A stretch of DNA of 64,000 nucleotides from an uncultured Veillonellaceae bacterium (GTDB lineage: Bacteria; Bacillota; Negativicutes; JARBTT01), in contig CAWDTA010000002.1 in the NCBI GenBank assembly GCA_963805085.1, forward strand, positions 96,001 to 160,000. Reading direction: 5' to 3'. Made by a program: the position numbers and the translations under genes. Of the stretch, positions 51,243 through 60,437 are shown piece by piece. Numbering within the stretch: the first letter of the stretch is position 1; each line of letters opens with the position of its first letter. The notes beneath the pieces are model-generated. The model was not told the origin of the DNA. It saw only the letters and a list, made by a program, of their open reading frames with translations, and made no database searches.

Positions 51243-51660
51243 TTTACATAATTCTATAAACATTTTCTTTTTCCTGCTTTTAAATTCGTGTAATTTTTTC
51301 CATTGATCCTTGGATAACTAAAAGCAAATCATTATAAAATTAATTTTTAAGCATTGGTTTTATATTTACATAATTCTATAAAACTTGTCTTTTTCCTGCC
51401 GGCAAACTTGTGTAATGTTTTCCATCTAGATTTAAACATCCATCGGTCAATCATTGTAAAATGATTTCTTTAAGAATTCATTTTACGTTTACATAATTCT
51501 ATAAACATTTTCTTTTTCCTGCTTGTATATCTGTGTAATATTTTCCATAAACCACTGATTACCTAAGGATTAAGTATTTAAAACCAACTTTTAAGCATTA
51601 ATTTTATATTTACATAATTCTATATTTACGACGATTCTCCTTCTTTAAGTTCATGGTAAT
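51243..51660 (-). repeat. Four tandem ~122-bp units, each carrying a sigmaH-like promoter
   Basis: TTTACATAATTCTATA at 51243, 51365, 51488 and 51609. Each reads AGGA-N17-GAAT on the minus strand. Confidence 0.85.
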
Positions 51661-51667
51661 ATACGGA

Positions 51668-51780
51668 AATATATTTATATCGGTAACTAAATTCATTCCA
51701 CTTGTAAACTAGTACTAAGATAGGTTGCCGGTTGGTGAGAAGTGCTCAGATGCAACCCGCGGCCTATCTGTCCATAGTTT
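51668..51780. mobile_element. Inverted, internally deleted copy of the 45.05-kb element
   Basis: Reverse complement matches both ends of 45054-45235 (ACTATGGACAGATAGGCCGCGGG...GCATCTGA...CCGGCAACCTATCTT...CTAGTTTA.AAGTGG). Confidence 0.8.
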
Positions 51781-51781
51781 T

Positions 51782-51831
51782 TGTTCAATAGAAAAGACGA
51801 GGAGCATTCTCCTCGTCTTTTCTATTGAACA
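51782..51831 (-). terminator. 23-bp perfect inverted repeat overlapping DUF3084 stop
   Basis: TGTTCAATAGAAAAGACGAGGAG-catt-CTCCTCGTCTTTTCTATTGAACA. Confidence 0.8.
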
Positions 51832-52997
51832 TTCTTTATTTTCACATTAAGTCTGAGCGGCCCCACGGCATTTGTATCGGCCCCCGCTACAGCGGTAAGT
51901 TCCACTTTTCCATCTGCCGCTTCCAAAGCATTTACGATATCATAGAATTGTGAGCCACTCATTACGCCTATTGTCCCTTGAAGTGGATCGGGAATCATGC
52001 CTTTATTCACTGCAGTTGCATTTACTTTTTTAAGAAACTCAAGGACAATTTTCTCGGCATCTTTTTCTTTTATACTGACAGTCATAATTTCTTTATAAAC
52101 AATCTGGTTTTCTTTATAAACTTGTTTATTTGGATAGAGTTCAAGATTGACTCGAACTGGTTCTCCATAAACGATATTGGCCGCCGCAACGACCCGAACA
52201 ATCATTTCTTGGTTACTCTGGTTAATTTGTTGAACTACTTGATCAAATGCTTCTTTTGTGATCCATACTACATCTATATTCTCTTTTATACCAAGCCGCG
52301 ATAGAATCGTCTCATTTGCTGTATTTAAAATTCCAGTTACTTCTTCAATGTTTTTACTCTTATCTTCTACTGGATTGACGGTTCCAGTTACAATCACTTC
52401 ACCAGCACGATAGACGATATCGCCTTCTCGCACAAATTGAATCCCCTGATTCAATCTTTTTGTTAAAACATTCAGGCGCTCAATATCACTTTCGAGAACT
52501 TTTTGCTGCTCACTTAAACTAGCTACACGATCATCCAATTCTTTTTTAGTTTCTTCTAATGCATTGTTCTTGTCTTCCAATATACTTTTCTTGTTTTCTA
52601 ATTCTTGAATCTGCTCTTCTGATTTTTCACTAGCAATTCTGTAATCTTCTTTGGCTTTATCAAGTGCCGCAATTACTTCTTCACGTTCTGTATTTGCTTT
52701 AGCAAGATCAAACGTTACGGTTTGCAGATTATTTTCTGTTGCTTTGATTTGTTGGTTTAATTTTTCCATACCAAACAAGGCAACCCTAACATTTTTTGAG
52801 GTTAAAGCAAGAACGCCGAGCGTAGAGGAAGTGATGAGTATGCCTGTAATGATGGTAACAATAATAGATGTGTACTTTGGCCTTAGTCCAAAGATTGACA
52901 ACTTCTTTTTGCCAACCTTACTCCCTAGTTTATCGCCAATGTAAGCAATGGCTCCGCCCATAACAATTAATACTAGAATTAATACAACTCCATACAT
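51822..52997 (-). CDS. DUF3084 family membrane-anchored coiled-coil protein
   Basis: GG.IAY.GD.LG.KVGKK.LS.FGLRP.YT motif, long coiled coil. Confidence 0.88.
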   Translation of the reverse strand: MYGVVLILVLIVMGGAIAYIGDKLGSKVGKKKLSIFGLRPKYTSIIVTIITGILITSSTLGVLALTSKNVRVALFGMEKLNQQIKATENNLQTVTFDLAKANTEREEVIAALDKAKEDYRIASEKSEEQIQELENKKSILEDKNNALEETKKELDDRVASLSEQQKVLESDIERLNVLTKRLNQGIQFVREGDIVYRAGEVIVTGTVNPVEDKSKNIEEVTGILNTANETILSRLGIKENIDVVWITKEAFDQVVQQINQSNQEMIVRVVAAANIVYGEPVRVNLELYPNKQVYKENQIVYKEIMTVSIKEKDAEKIVLEFLKKVNATAVNKGMIPDPLQGTIGVMSGSQFYDIVNALEAADGKVELTAVAGADTNAVGPLRLNVKIKNVQ

Positions 52998-53114
52998 CGC
53001 TTGCTCTCCCTCCTCATAAAAATAGCCACAAAGTGTTATCATCGTACACAAAGGATAAAAACATCAATCCCCTTTGTCAACTTTATCCTCTTTGTGGCTC
53101 ATAACATATTTCAT

Positions 53115-54203
53115 TTATCTTGCTGCTTTACGGATCAATACAATACCAACAATCGTTCCTAATATATTTGGTATCCAAGATGCCAATAATGGGGGCAAAG
53201 CTCCACCTTGTCCTAAAGTACTGCAAATCGTCATAACGGTGTAATAGATAAAAATAACAATAATGCTAAGTCCAAAACCAATCGAGGAACTCGTCCGATT
53301 CGGCTGCAAACCTAACGGGACGCCAACTAAGGCAAATACAAAGCTTGCAAATGGAATCGTGATCTTTTTATACAGTTCTGATTCTAGTTTCTTGGTATTT
53401 ACCGATTGCTCTTTCAGCACTTTGATTTGATAGCGCAGGTCACGCATCGTCATTTCTTCAGGATCTTTTTGCTCTCTCATAAGTTTATTCGGATCTTTCT
53501 TTATTGGCAAAATTTGTTGCTGGAATTTTAGCGTACGTTGCACATTACCTTCTGCCGATAATTCATTCATCGTCCCTGTATACATTGTCCAATGATCAGT
53601 CGTCCAAGTAGCTTTTTCGGCATTTTGGACACGAACTAGTTTTCCATTTTCAAATTCTTGCACTGAAACACCATACATCGCTGTTGTTTCCGCATCATAA
53701 CGACGAGCATAGGTCAATCTTTCGATTTCTCCACCTGTAATTTCTTTTAGCACTAAGTGCTCTTGCGATTTTGGCGCAGTGTTGCCCTGAATCTCATAGA
53801 ACACAATATCATTATACGCTTGAGTCGCTCGTGGCACTACATGTTCATTAAATAAAATCGCAAAAATACTAACAAAGAGAGCAATAAAAAATACGGGTGT
53901 AGCAATACGATAAAAACTAATCCCACCAGATTTCATTGCAGTAATTTCACTTGATGCTGATAGTCTACCAAATGACAATAACGTTGCTAGAAGCATTGAC
54001 ATTGGAAAAGTCAATACAATGATACTGGGTAAACTATAAACAAATAGTTTGATGACAGCTTGAGTTGATGCCCCGTATTGTGTTACATATTGCGCTATTC
54101 TAAACAAGGTACTAGACCCGATAAAAACACTGGAGAAAGCAAAAATGCCAAAAACAAAAGTTCCTACCATTTCTTGCATTATATATCTATCTAAAATCCG
54201 CAT
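53115..54203 (-). CDS. LPS export ABC permease LptF/LptG family
   Basis: MRILDRYI, GRLS..SEITAM..GG.S, LPP..A.W.PN motifs. Confidence 0.92.
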   Translation of the reverse strand: MRILDRYIMQEMVGTFVFGIFAFSSVFIGSSTLFRIAQYVTQYGASTQAVIKLFVYSLPSIIVLTFPMSMLLATLLSFGRLSASSEITAMKSGGISFYRIATPVFFIALFVSIFAILFNEHVVPRATQAYNDIVFYEIQGNTAPKSQEHLVLKEITGGEIERLTYARRYDAETTAMYGVSVQEFENGKLVRVQNAEKATWTTDHWTMYTGTMNELSAEGNVQRTLKFQQQILPIKKDPNKLMREQKDPEEMTMRDLRYQIKVLKEQSVNTKKLESELYKKITIPFASFVFALVGVPLGLQPNRTSSSIGFGLSIIVIFIYYTVMTICSTLGQGGALPPLLASWIPNILGTIVGIVLIRKAAR

Positions 54204-54214
54204 TCTATATCTCC

Positions 54215-54934
54215 CTATAACGTAAAGTTTTCGCCTAGATAGAACTTCTTGGCTATTTCACTATTGGCAATCGTATCGCTATCGCCCTCTAAAAGTATTT
54301 TCCCTTGATTTAGTATATAAGCACGGTCAACAATACTGAGTGTTTCTCGTACATTATGGTCAGTGATTAGTATCCCAATGCCACGTTTACGCAGATAAGC
54401 AATGATTTCCTGAATATCCGCCACAGCAATTGGGTCAACACCGGCAAAGGGCTCATCAAGCAAAATAAAACTCGGATCTGTTGCCAAACAACGCGCAATT
54501 TCTACCCGACGACGTTCGCCACCAGAAAGCTCAGTTCCCTTACGACTACGTACATGTTCAACATGAAATTCTTTTAAGAGGCTTTCCATTTTAGCATGAC
54601 GTTCTTGCTTGGATAAATTGGTCGTTTCTAAAATAGCCATCAGATTTTTTTCTACGGTCAACTTACGAAAAATAGATGCTTCTTGCGCCAGATAACCAAT
54701 CCCATAAGCGGAACGATGATACATTGGCATCTCAGTCACATCATCATTTTCAATCAAGACTTGCCCCTTAGTGGGTTGTTCAAGCCCAACAATCATATAA
54801 AACGTAGTGGTCTTACCAGCACCATTCGGTCCAAGCAACCCAACAATTTCACCTTTTTCTACTCTCAAAGATACTCCATCGACAACATTTCGCTTATTAT
54901 AAGTTTTTATTAAGTTTTTTGCTTCTATAAACAT
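54215..54934 (-). CDS. lptB: LPS export ABC ATPase
   Basis: [31 protein letters not shown] and TDHNVRETL motifs. Confidence 0.96.
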   Translation of the reverse strand: MFIEAKNLIKTYNKRNVVDGVSLRVEKGEIVGLLGPNGAGKTTTFYMIVGLEQPTKGQVLIENDDVTEMPMYHRSAYGIGYLAQEASIFRKLTVEKNLMAILETTNLSKQERHAKMESLLKEFHVEHVRSRKGTELSGGERRRVEIARCLATDPSFILLDEPFAGVDPIAVADIQEIIAYLRKRGIGILITDHNVRETLSIVDRAYILNQGKILLEGDSDTIANSEIAKKFYLGENFTL

Positions 54935-54961
54935 CTTCTTGCCTCATTTCGAGGTTTATTT

Positions 54962-55663
54962 TTATTCCGGTTGGACAACGACTTGTTTACCTGATACTGG
55001 CGTATCACTTAGAAATAGTGTCAATGTTTTGCCGCGTAGCGTATTACTATCTTGCACAGCGACTGCATTGCCTGAAAGAACAATCTTACCTCGCTGATCT
55101 TCGCCACCATAATAAGTTGCAACATCTCCTGTTGCATCTAAATTTTTAGTTTGACTAACAATATGCGCATTTCCTGTTCCTACGGCACGATTTTCTGCCA
55201 TATAAGCTTCTAACTTATCAGCGGTCATCGTTCCATCTGGATTGACGATACGCGCATTAGAATTAATTATAGCATATTGTCTGTCACTAAAATAGTCCAC
55301 TTGTGGACCATATAACGTACTTTCAGCTTTTTTCATTATAACATTGCCGACAGCAACGATATGGTTTTCATCAAGTGATGTTACGCTATCAGAAGTCATA
55401 TCAAGATCTTCTTTTACCAAATGAGCACCACCAAGTACTTTACCCTCTTTGGTTTTGGAATTATATTCTGCTCTCGCCCCAGTTACAATAGCATTTTCTT
55501 GCAACATTTTTACCGAACCCGTAGCTTTCATTAACCCTGTCGAGGAATCGTACTCAATGACATCACCAGAAATGTCTACTGGTTTATCGCTTGCTGCATA
55601 TATCGTGCTTGTCATTGCTAGACAAATCATGCCAGTCAATGCAAATTTTTTTAACTTCATCAT
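54962..55663 (-). CDS. lptA: LptA/OstA-like periplasmic LPS bridge protein
   Basis: Signal peptide, beta-jellyroll repeats, position between lptC and lptB. Confidence 0.82.
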   Translation of the reverse strand: MMKLKKFALTGMICLAMTSTIYAASDKPVDISGDVIEYDSSTGLMKATGSVKMLQENAIVTGARAEYNSKTKEGKVLGGAHLVKEDLDMTSDSVTSLDENHIVAVGNVIMKKAESTLYGPQVDYFSDRQYAIINSNARIVNPDGTMTADKLEAYMAENRAVGTGNAHIVSQTKNLDATGDVATYYGGEDQRGKIVLSGNAVAVQDSNTLRGKTLTLFLSDTPVSGKQVVVQPE

Positions 55664-56214
55664 TATTTTGCTCCTCCCTTAACGATATGGGCATTACCAG
55701 TTACTTTCACTTTGATAAAGCCAGCATCACTTTCTAGTTTATCACCTGTTAAAACGGTATCTTCACGTGTGACAATCACATTTCCTTCGCCAAGAAATAG
55801 TTGTTTTTCCCCTTGCCAGAATACAGTTTTTGCCTGAAAGGTTGCACCATCACTAGTTTTTGCATTCACTTGATCACTAATGGTAATATCTCTGGTCTTA
55901 TTATCAAAAATTGCTTGTGGTGCTGTTAGTGTCACAGTTTGACCGTTTTCCTGATAAAAAATGCCTTGGATATTTTTCAATACTGTATTTTTCGTAACAG
56001 GATCTATTTCAATCGTTTCCGCCGTTAAATCCCAAATCTTTTTACCATCTTTTTCCTCGCTGAGGGTATTTCCTGCGTAAGACATAGCCATTGGCTTTTC
56101 TTCAGCTTTTTGATTTTGATCCGGCAGATGAATTTCTTCAGAAAAAGCCCAATACAATACCCCTGTAACAGCAATAATAACCGCTGCAATTAAACCAATT
56201 ATTTGTTTATTCAT
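55663..56214 (-). CDS. lptC: LPS export protein LptC
   Basis: Single N-terminal TM plus jellyroll, operon position. Confidence 0.82.
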   Translation of the reverse strand: MNKQIIGLIAAVIIAVTGVLYWAFSEEIHLPDQNQKAEEKPMAMSYAGNTLSEEKDGKKIWDLTAETIEIDPVTKNTVLKNIQGIFYQENGQTVTLTAPQAIFDNKTRDITISDQVNAKTSDGATFQAKTVFWQGEKQLFLGEGNVIVTREDTVLTGDKLESDAGFIKVKVTGNAHIVKGGAK

Positions 56215-57115
56215 GCTCCACCTTATCTTTCGTGGTATGTTTTTGCTTTTTCATTTCTAGTGTTGTATTCCAACGTTTTTGGAACCACAGCCATTGCGTA
56301 GGATATTCTTTAATGGTATTTTCAATAATTCGTGTCAATCTTACCGTAAAATCATATAAATCTTGTTCTTCATTGCCATTGTCTTGATAGTATAATGGCT
56401 CATGAATCAAAACTTTATGCTTGCCATCGCTCTTACGGATGATAAAGCAGGGAACCACTGGTGACTTGAAACGTTTTGCAAATACAGCGGGTCCTAATGG
56501 AGTCGAAGCCGGCTTACCAAGAAAATCAATAAATGCTCCACTTGGTCCTGCATCTTGATCTGCTAAAAAGCCCAGCGATTTTCCTTTTTTTAAAGCCTTT
56601 GCCGCACCAATGAGCTCTGTTGTTCCTCGAGAAAATACTTCTACCCCTACCATTTCACGATATTCATTTAAAAGAACTGTATGTTGATCATTCGGCTGAC
56701 GTTTGATAATCGCTGTTAATGGAATATCGGAAAAAGTAAGTGCTGCTGACAGCCATTCCCAATTGCCAACATGTGCTGTTAATATCACAACACCATTGCC
56801 TTCTGCTAGTGCATTTTTAAATCTGTCAATATGTTCAACTTCCATATAGTCCGTAAAATTTTGACGATTTAAATTTGGCATATACATGATTTCTAAAAAA
56901 GTTCTGCCTATATTGATAAACGAATCCCTACAAATCTCACTTGCTTTTTCCTTTGAAACTTGTAAACTTTTCATCATTTGTTCAATTGCCCGCTTACGTT
57001 GTTTTGCGGCAATTTGATAATAGAGGCTACCTAAAATTTTGCCCAACCATAGTAATACACTATGTGGCAATAGACACAATACCCAACTAATAAATTTTAA
57101 AAATCTATATTGCAT
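56207..57115 (-). CDS. lpxL: Lipid A late acyltransferase (LpxL/HtrB family)
   Basis: AHVGNWE, LADQD and PTQWLWFQKRW motifs. Confidence 0.88.
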   Translation of the reverse strand: MQYRFLKFISWVLCLLPHSVLLWLGKILGSLYYQIAAKQRKRAIEQMMKSLQVSKEKASEICRDSFINIGRTFLEIMYMPNLNRQNFTDYMEVEHIDRFKNALAEGNGVVILTAHVGNWEWLSAALTFSDIPLTAIIKRQPNDQHTVLLNEYREMVGVEVFSRGTTELIGAAKALKKGKSLGFLADQDAGPSGAFIDFLGKPASTPLGPAVFAKRFKSPVVPCFIIRKSDGKHKVLIHEPLYYQDNGNEEQDLYDFTVRLTRIIENTIKEYPTQWLWFQKRWNTTLEMKKQKHTTKDKVEHE

Positions 57116-57215
57116 ATATCGCCATCCCTTTCGATCATAAACGAATGATTTTAAATAACCCACTTAATTTAAGTGGGTTATTTCTATATTATATACTAAA
57201 TTTAATAAAATTGCA

Positions 57216-57764
57216 TTATTGCTGAATTCCTTTAATTGGTTTGAGATTAATATAGGACAAAAGAATGTCTTCCCACTTACCTTGCGCTTTTAAAATAAAC
57301 TCAGCAATTTCACGCACGCCACCATTTCCGCCTTCGGCTTTAGAGATATAATGCGCTCTTTCTTTTACTTCTGCAACTGCATTATGTACAGCACAAGCAA
57401 AACCTACTTTTAACAGAATAGGTAAATCAAGTAAATCATCACCGACATAAGCCATTTCGTCTAAAGACAGCTTGTGTTTTTTTTGCAATTCTTCAAGAGC
57501 ATCAAGTTTATTATTGGATCCTTGATAAACATCGGTAATTTTTAATTCTTGACTGCGAATATTGACAATATCAGATTTGCGCCCCGTAATAATAGCAGTC
57601 TTTATCCCCGCATTATGCAGTAAAGAAATCCCCATTCCATCATGGACATCGAAACTTTTAAAGGATTCACCATTTGCACTAAAAAAAAGTTTTCCGCTCG
57701 TTAAAACGCCATCTACATCAAAAATAATCAATTTAATTTTACTGGCTCTGGCCACAAATTCCAT
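57216..57764 (-). CDS. kdsC: Kdo-8-phosphate phosphatase
   Basis: FDVDGVLT, IITGR, VGDD and GG.GGVRE motifs. Confidence 0.93.
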   Translation of the reverse strand: MEFVARASKIKLIIFDVDGVLTSGKLFFSANGESFKSFDVHDGMGISLLHNAGIKTAIITGRKSDIVNIRSQELKITDVYQGSNNKLDALEELQKKHKLSLDEMAYVGDDLLDLPILLKVGFACAVHNAVAEVKERAHYISKAEGGNGGVREIAEFILKAQGKWEDILLSYINLKPIKGIQQ

Positions 57765-58756
57765 TAAACCACCCCTTGACGTAGAAGATCCGTAAGATGA
57801 AGAATACCGATCGGCTTATTTTCTTTATCCACAACTGGCAACACCGTAATCGGGCGTGGTTTATGTTTTTCCATAATACTAAGTGCTTCAGCAGCCATTT
57901 TTTCTTTTGAAATTGTTTTTGGTGCCTTCGTCATTAATTTTTCTGCGGATTCATCAAGGAACTTATGACCGTTTTCTAAGCTGCGTCTAATATCACCATC
58001 GGTAATAATACCAACCAATTTACCGTTTCCATCCACAACTGAAGTTGCCCCAAGCCCTTTCGAAGTCATGGTAAAAATAGCTTCTTTGGCTGTTTTTGTA
58101 ATATCAATTACAGGATTGTCCTTCCCTGAATGCATAACGTGTTCTACAGTCAAGAGTAATTTTCTTCCCAATGCTCCACCAGGATGGAACACAGCAAAAT
58201 CTTTTGCTGTAAAATTGCGTTCCGATAATAATGCAATGGCCATTGCATCACCCATTGCTAGTGTTGCCGTAGTGCTTGCCGTTGGCGCAAGGCCAAGTGG
58301 GCAGGCTTCTTTTTCTACACTGATATCAATAAAGATTTCAGCATTTTTACCTAATGTTGATTCTCGGCATCCACTCATTGCAATAATCGTAGCACCTATA
58401 CGCTTAATAATCGGTAAAATGTTCACTACTTCTAAACTCTCACCACTATTAGAAATTGCCACTACAACATCATTACAGGTTACCATCCCTAAATCACCAT
58501 GGAATGCTTCGGCTGGATGCATGAAAAAAGACGGTGTTCCCGTACTAGCAAAGCTAGCCGCCATTTTTTTACCTATATGTCCAGATTTGCCCATGCCAGT
58601 TACTACGACTCTACCTTGACACTCAAGAATCGTATGAATCGCTTGAATAAATTCATCGTTGATACGTGGAATCAGTGCTTTCACTGCATCCGCTTCAATC
58701 GTCAATACCTCAACTGCTTTTTCTATAATCACAAAATTTCCCCTCTTCTCGTTCAC
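57764..58756 (-). CDS. kdsD: Arabinose-5-phosphate isomerase
   Basis: GMGKSGHIG, HP.EA.HGDLG, HPGGALG motifs and CBS pair. Confidence 0.94.
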   Translation of the reverse strand: MNEKRGNFVIIEKAVEVLTIEADAVKALIPRINDEFIQAIHTILECQGRVVVTGMGKSGHIGKKMAASFASTGTPSFFMHPAEAFHGDLGMVTCNDVVVAISNSGESLEVVNILPIIKRIGATIIAMSGCRESTLGKNAEIFIDISVEKEACPLGLAPTASTTATLAMGDAMAIALLSERNFTAKDFAVFHPGGALGRKLLLTVEHVMHSGKDNPVIDITKTAKEAIFTMTSKGLGATSVVDGNGKLVGIITDGDIRRSLENGHKFLDESAEKLMTKAPKTISKEKMAAEALSIMEKHKPRPITVLPVVDKENKPIGILHLTDLLRQGVV

Positions 58757-58792
58757 TAAGAAATCTTATTTTCTATAAATTGAATCAAAACT

Positions 58793-59617
58793 TTATTTAT
58801 GTTTGCGCACGATTTTATCAATTGCTAAGGCATCTTTTAAAATATCTTCAAGTTTATCTAAATATACCATATTGGGTCCATCACAAAGTGCTTCTTCTGG
58901 GTTATCATGAACTTCCATAAATAGTGCATCTACCCCAACCCCAACGGCTGCCCTTGTCAAATATTCTACATATTCACGATTACCTGCGGAACTTGTGCCT
59001 GCACCGCCAGGAAGTTGTACGCTATGCGTTGCGTCGAAAACTACTGGATAGCCAAAGGAACGCATAATTGGAAAACTACGCATATCGACCACAAGATTAT
59101 TGTAACCAAAGGTTGCCCCACGCTCTGTGAGCATGATATTTTCATTACCACCTTCGCGGAGTTTATCAATGACATTTTTCATATCGTTAGGCGACATAAA
59201 TTGGCCTTTTTTCACATTGATTGCTTTACCCGACTTAGCTGCCGCATATAACAAATCCGTCTGTCTACAAAGAAATGCAGGAATTTGTAATAAATCAATC
59301 ACCTTTGAAGCCTCTTCAATTTGCGTTGAACAGTGAATATCACTAACCACTGGTACTTGTAAATCATCTTTAATTATTTTTAAAATTTTTAATCCTTCTT
59401 CTAAGCCCGGCCCACGAAAGCCAGCATACGAAGAACGATTTGCTTTATCAAAAGAAGCTTTGAAAATATAAGGAATTCCTAAACGCGATGTAATTGCTTT
59501 AATTTCACGGCCAATTTTCAAACTCCGTTCTAAGCCTTCAATCACACAAGGACCAGCAAGCAATGCTAGTGGTTGTCCAGCACCAATTTTTACGTTACTA
59601 ATATTAATTGTATTCAT
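58793..59617 (-). CDS. kdsA: Kdo-8-phosphate synthase
   Basis: [25 protein letters not shown] and DATHSVQ motifs. Confidence 0.96.
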   Translation of the reverse strand: MNTINISNVKIGAGQPLALLAGPCVIEGLERSLKIGREIKAITSRLGIPYIFKASFDKANRSSYAGFRGPGLEEGLKILKIIKDDLQVPVVSDIHCSTQIEEASKVIDLLQIPAFLCRQTDLLYAAAKSGKAINVKKGQFMSPNDMKNVIDKLREGGNENIMLTERGATFGYNNLVVDMRSFPIMRSFGYPVVFDATHSVQLPGGAGTSSAGNREYVEYLTRAAVGVGVDALFMEVHDNPEEALCDGPNMVYLDKLEDILKDALAIDKIVRKHK

Positions 59618-59658
59618 AGTTACCTCTCTTTTAAATTAATCATAATATCGAAAATACC

Positions 59659-60396
59659 TTAGTTCTTTACTTCAAGTTTTTTGTAAATGTCATTGACTCT
59701 AACTAAATCTTCTTGTGTATCAACGCCAACAAAACTGAACATCGTTTTCAAAACTTTAATTTTATAACCATTTTCTAATGCGCGCAATTGCTCTAACGAT
59801 TCTGTGCTTTCAAGCGGTGTTGGCTGCATTGCCGCATATTTTAATAAAAAGTCACGACGATAAGCATAAATACCAATATGTTTGTACACTGGCACATTGT
59901 TATCATTACGGGGATATGGCAATAAGGACCGTGAGAAGTATAAAGCATAGCCATTTAAGTCAGTGACTACTTTAACATTATTGGGGTTATTCTTTTCTTC
60001 TTCTTGGATTGGTGTCATAACAGTCGCCATATTAAGCTCACTATCTCTAGTAAAAGCTTCCGCTAATTCATCAATAATACTTGGCTCGATGAGTGGTTCA
60101 TCTCCTTGCACATTGATAATAACGTCAATATCGGTATATTTTCTCGCGACTTCCGCTAAACGGTCTGTTCCGGTTGGATGATCTGGTGATGTCATCATTA
60201 CATGTCCATTAAAACTCTCAACGGCCTTCAATACTGCATCATGATCAGTCGCAACCAGTACCTCTGTTGGCTTTGTTGCTAATTGTGCACGTTCATAGAC
60301 ACGCTGAATCATTGGCTTACCGGCAATATCTGCTAGTGGCTTGCCTGGCAACCTGGTTGAGGAATAACGCGCTGGTATCACACATAAAATTTTCAT
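59659..60396 (-). CDS. kdsB: CMP-Kdo synthetase
   Basis: IPARYSSTRLPGKPL, NVQGDEP, YFSR and LEQLRALE motifs. Confidence 0.96.
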   Translation of the reverse strand: MKILCVIPARYSSTRLPGKPLADIAGKPMIQRVYERAQLATKPTEVLVATDHDAVLKAVESFNGHVMMTSPDHPTGTDRLAEVARKYTDIDVIINVQGDEPLIEPSIIDELAEAFTRDSELNMATVMTPIQEEEKNNPNNVKVVTDLNGYALYFSRSLLPYPRNDNNVPVYKHIGIYAYRRDFLLKYAAMQPTPLESTESLEQLRALENGYKIKVLKTMFSFVGVDTQEDLVRVNDIYKKLEVKN

Positions 60397-60437
60397 TTAT
60401 CTTCCTCCTATACACTATAAAATAATGAGCTGCACTT

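Noticed and set aside
51243-51660. CRISPR array
   Set aside because: The period is ~122 bp, the intervening parts are mutually similar, the conserved core is not a 25-45-bp identical repeat, and no cas genes are present.
58068-58619. 183-aa plus-strand ORF and the many other short antisense ORFs
   Set aside because: Shadows of well-supported minus-strand genes, with no RBS or motifs.
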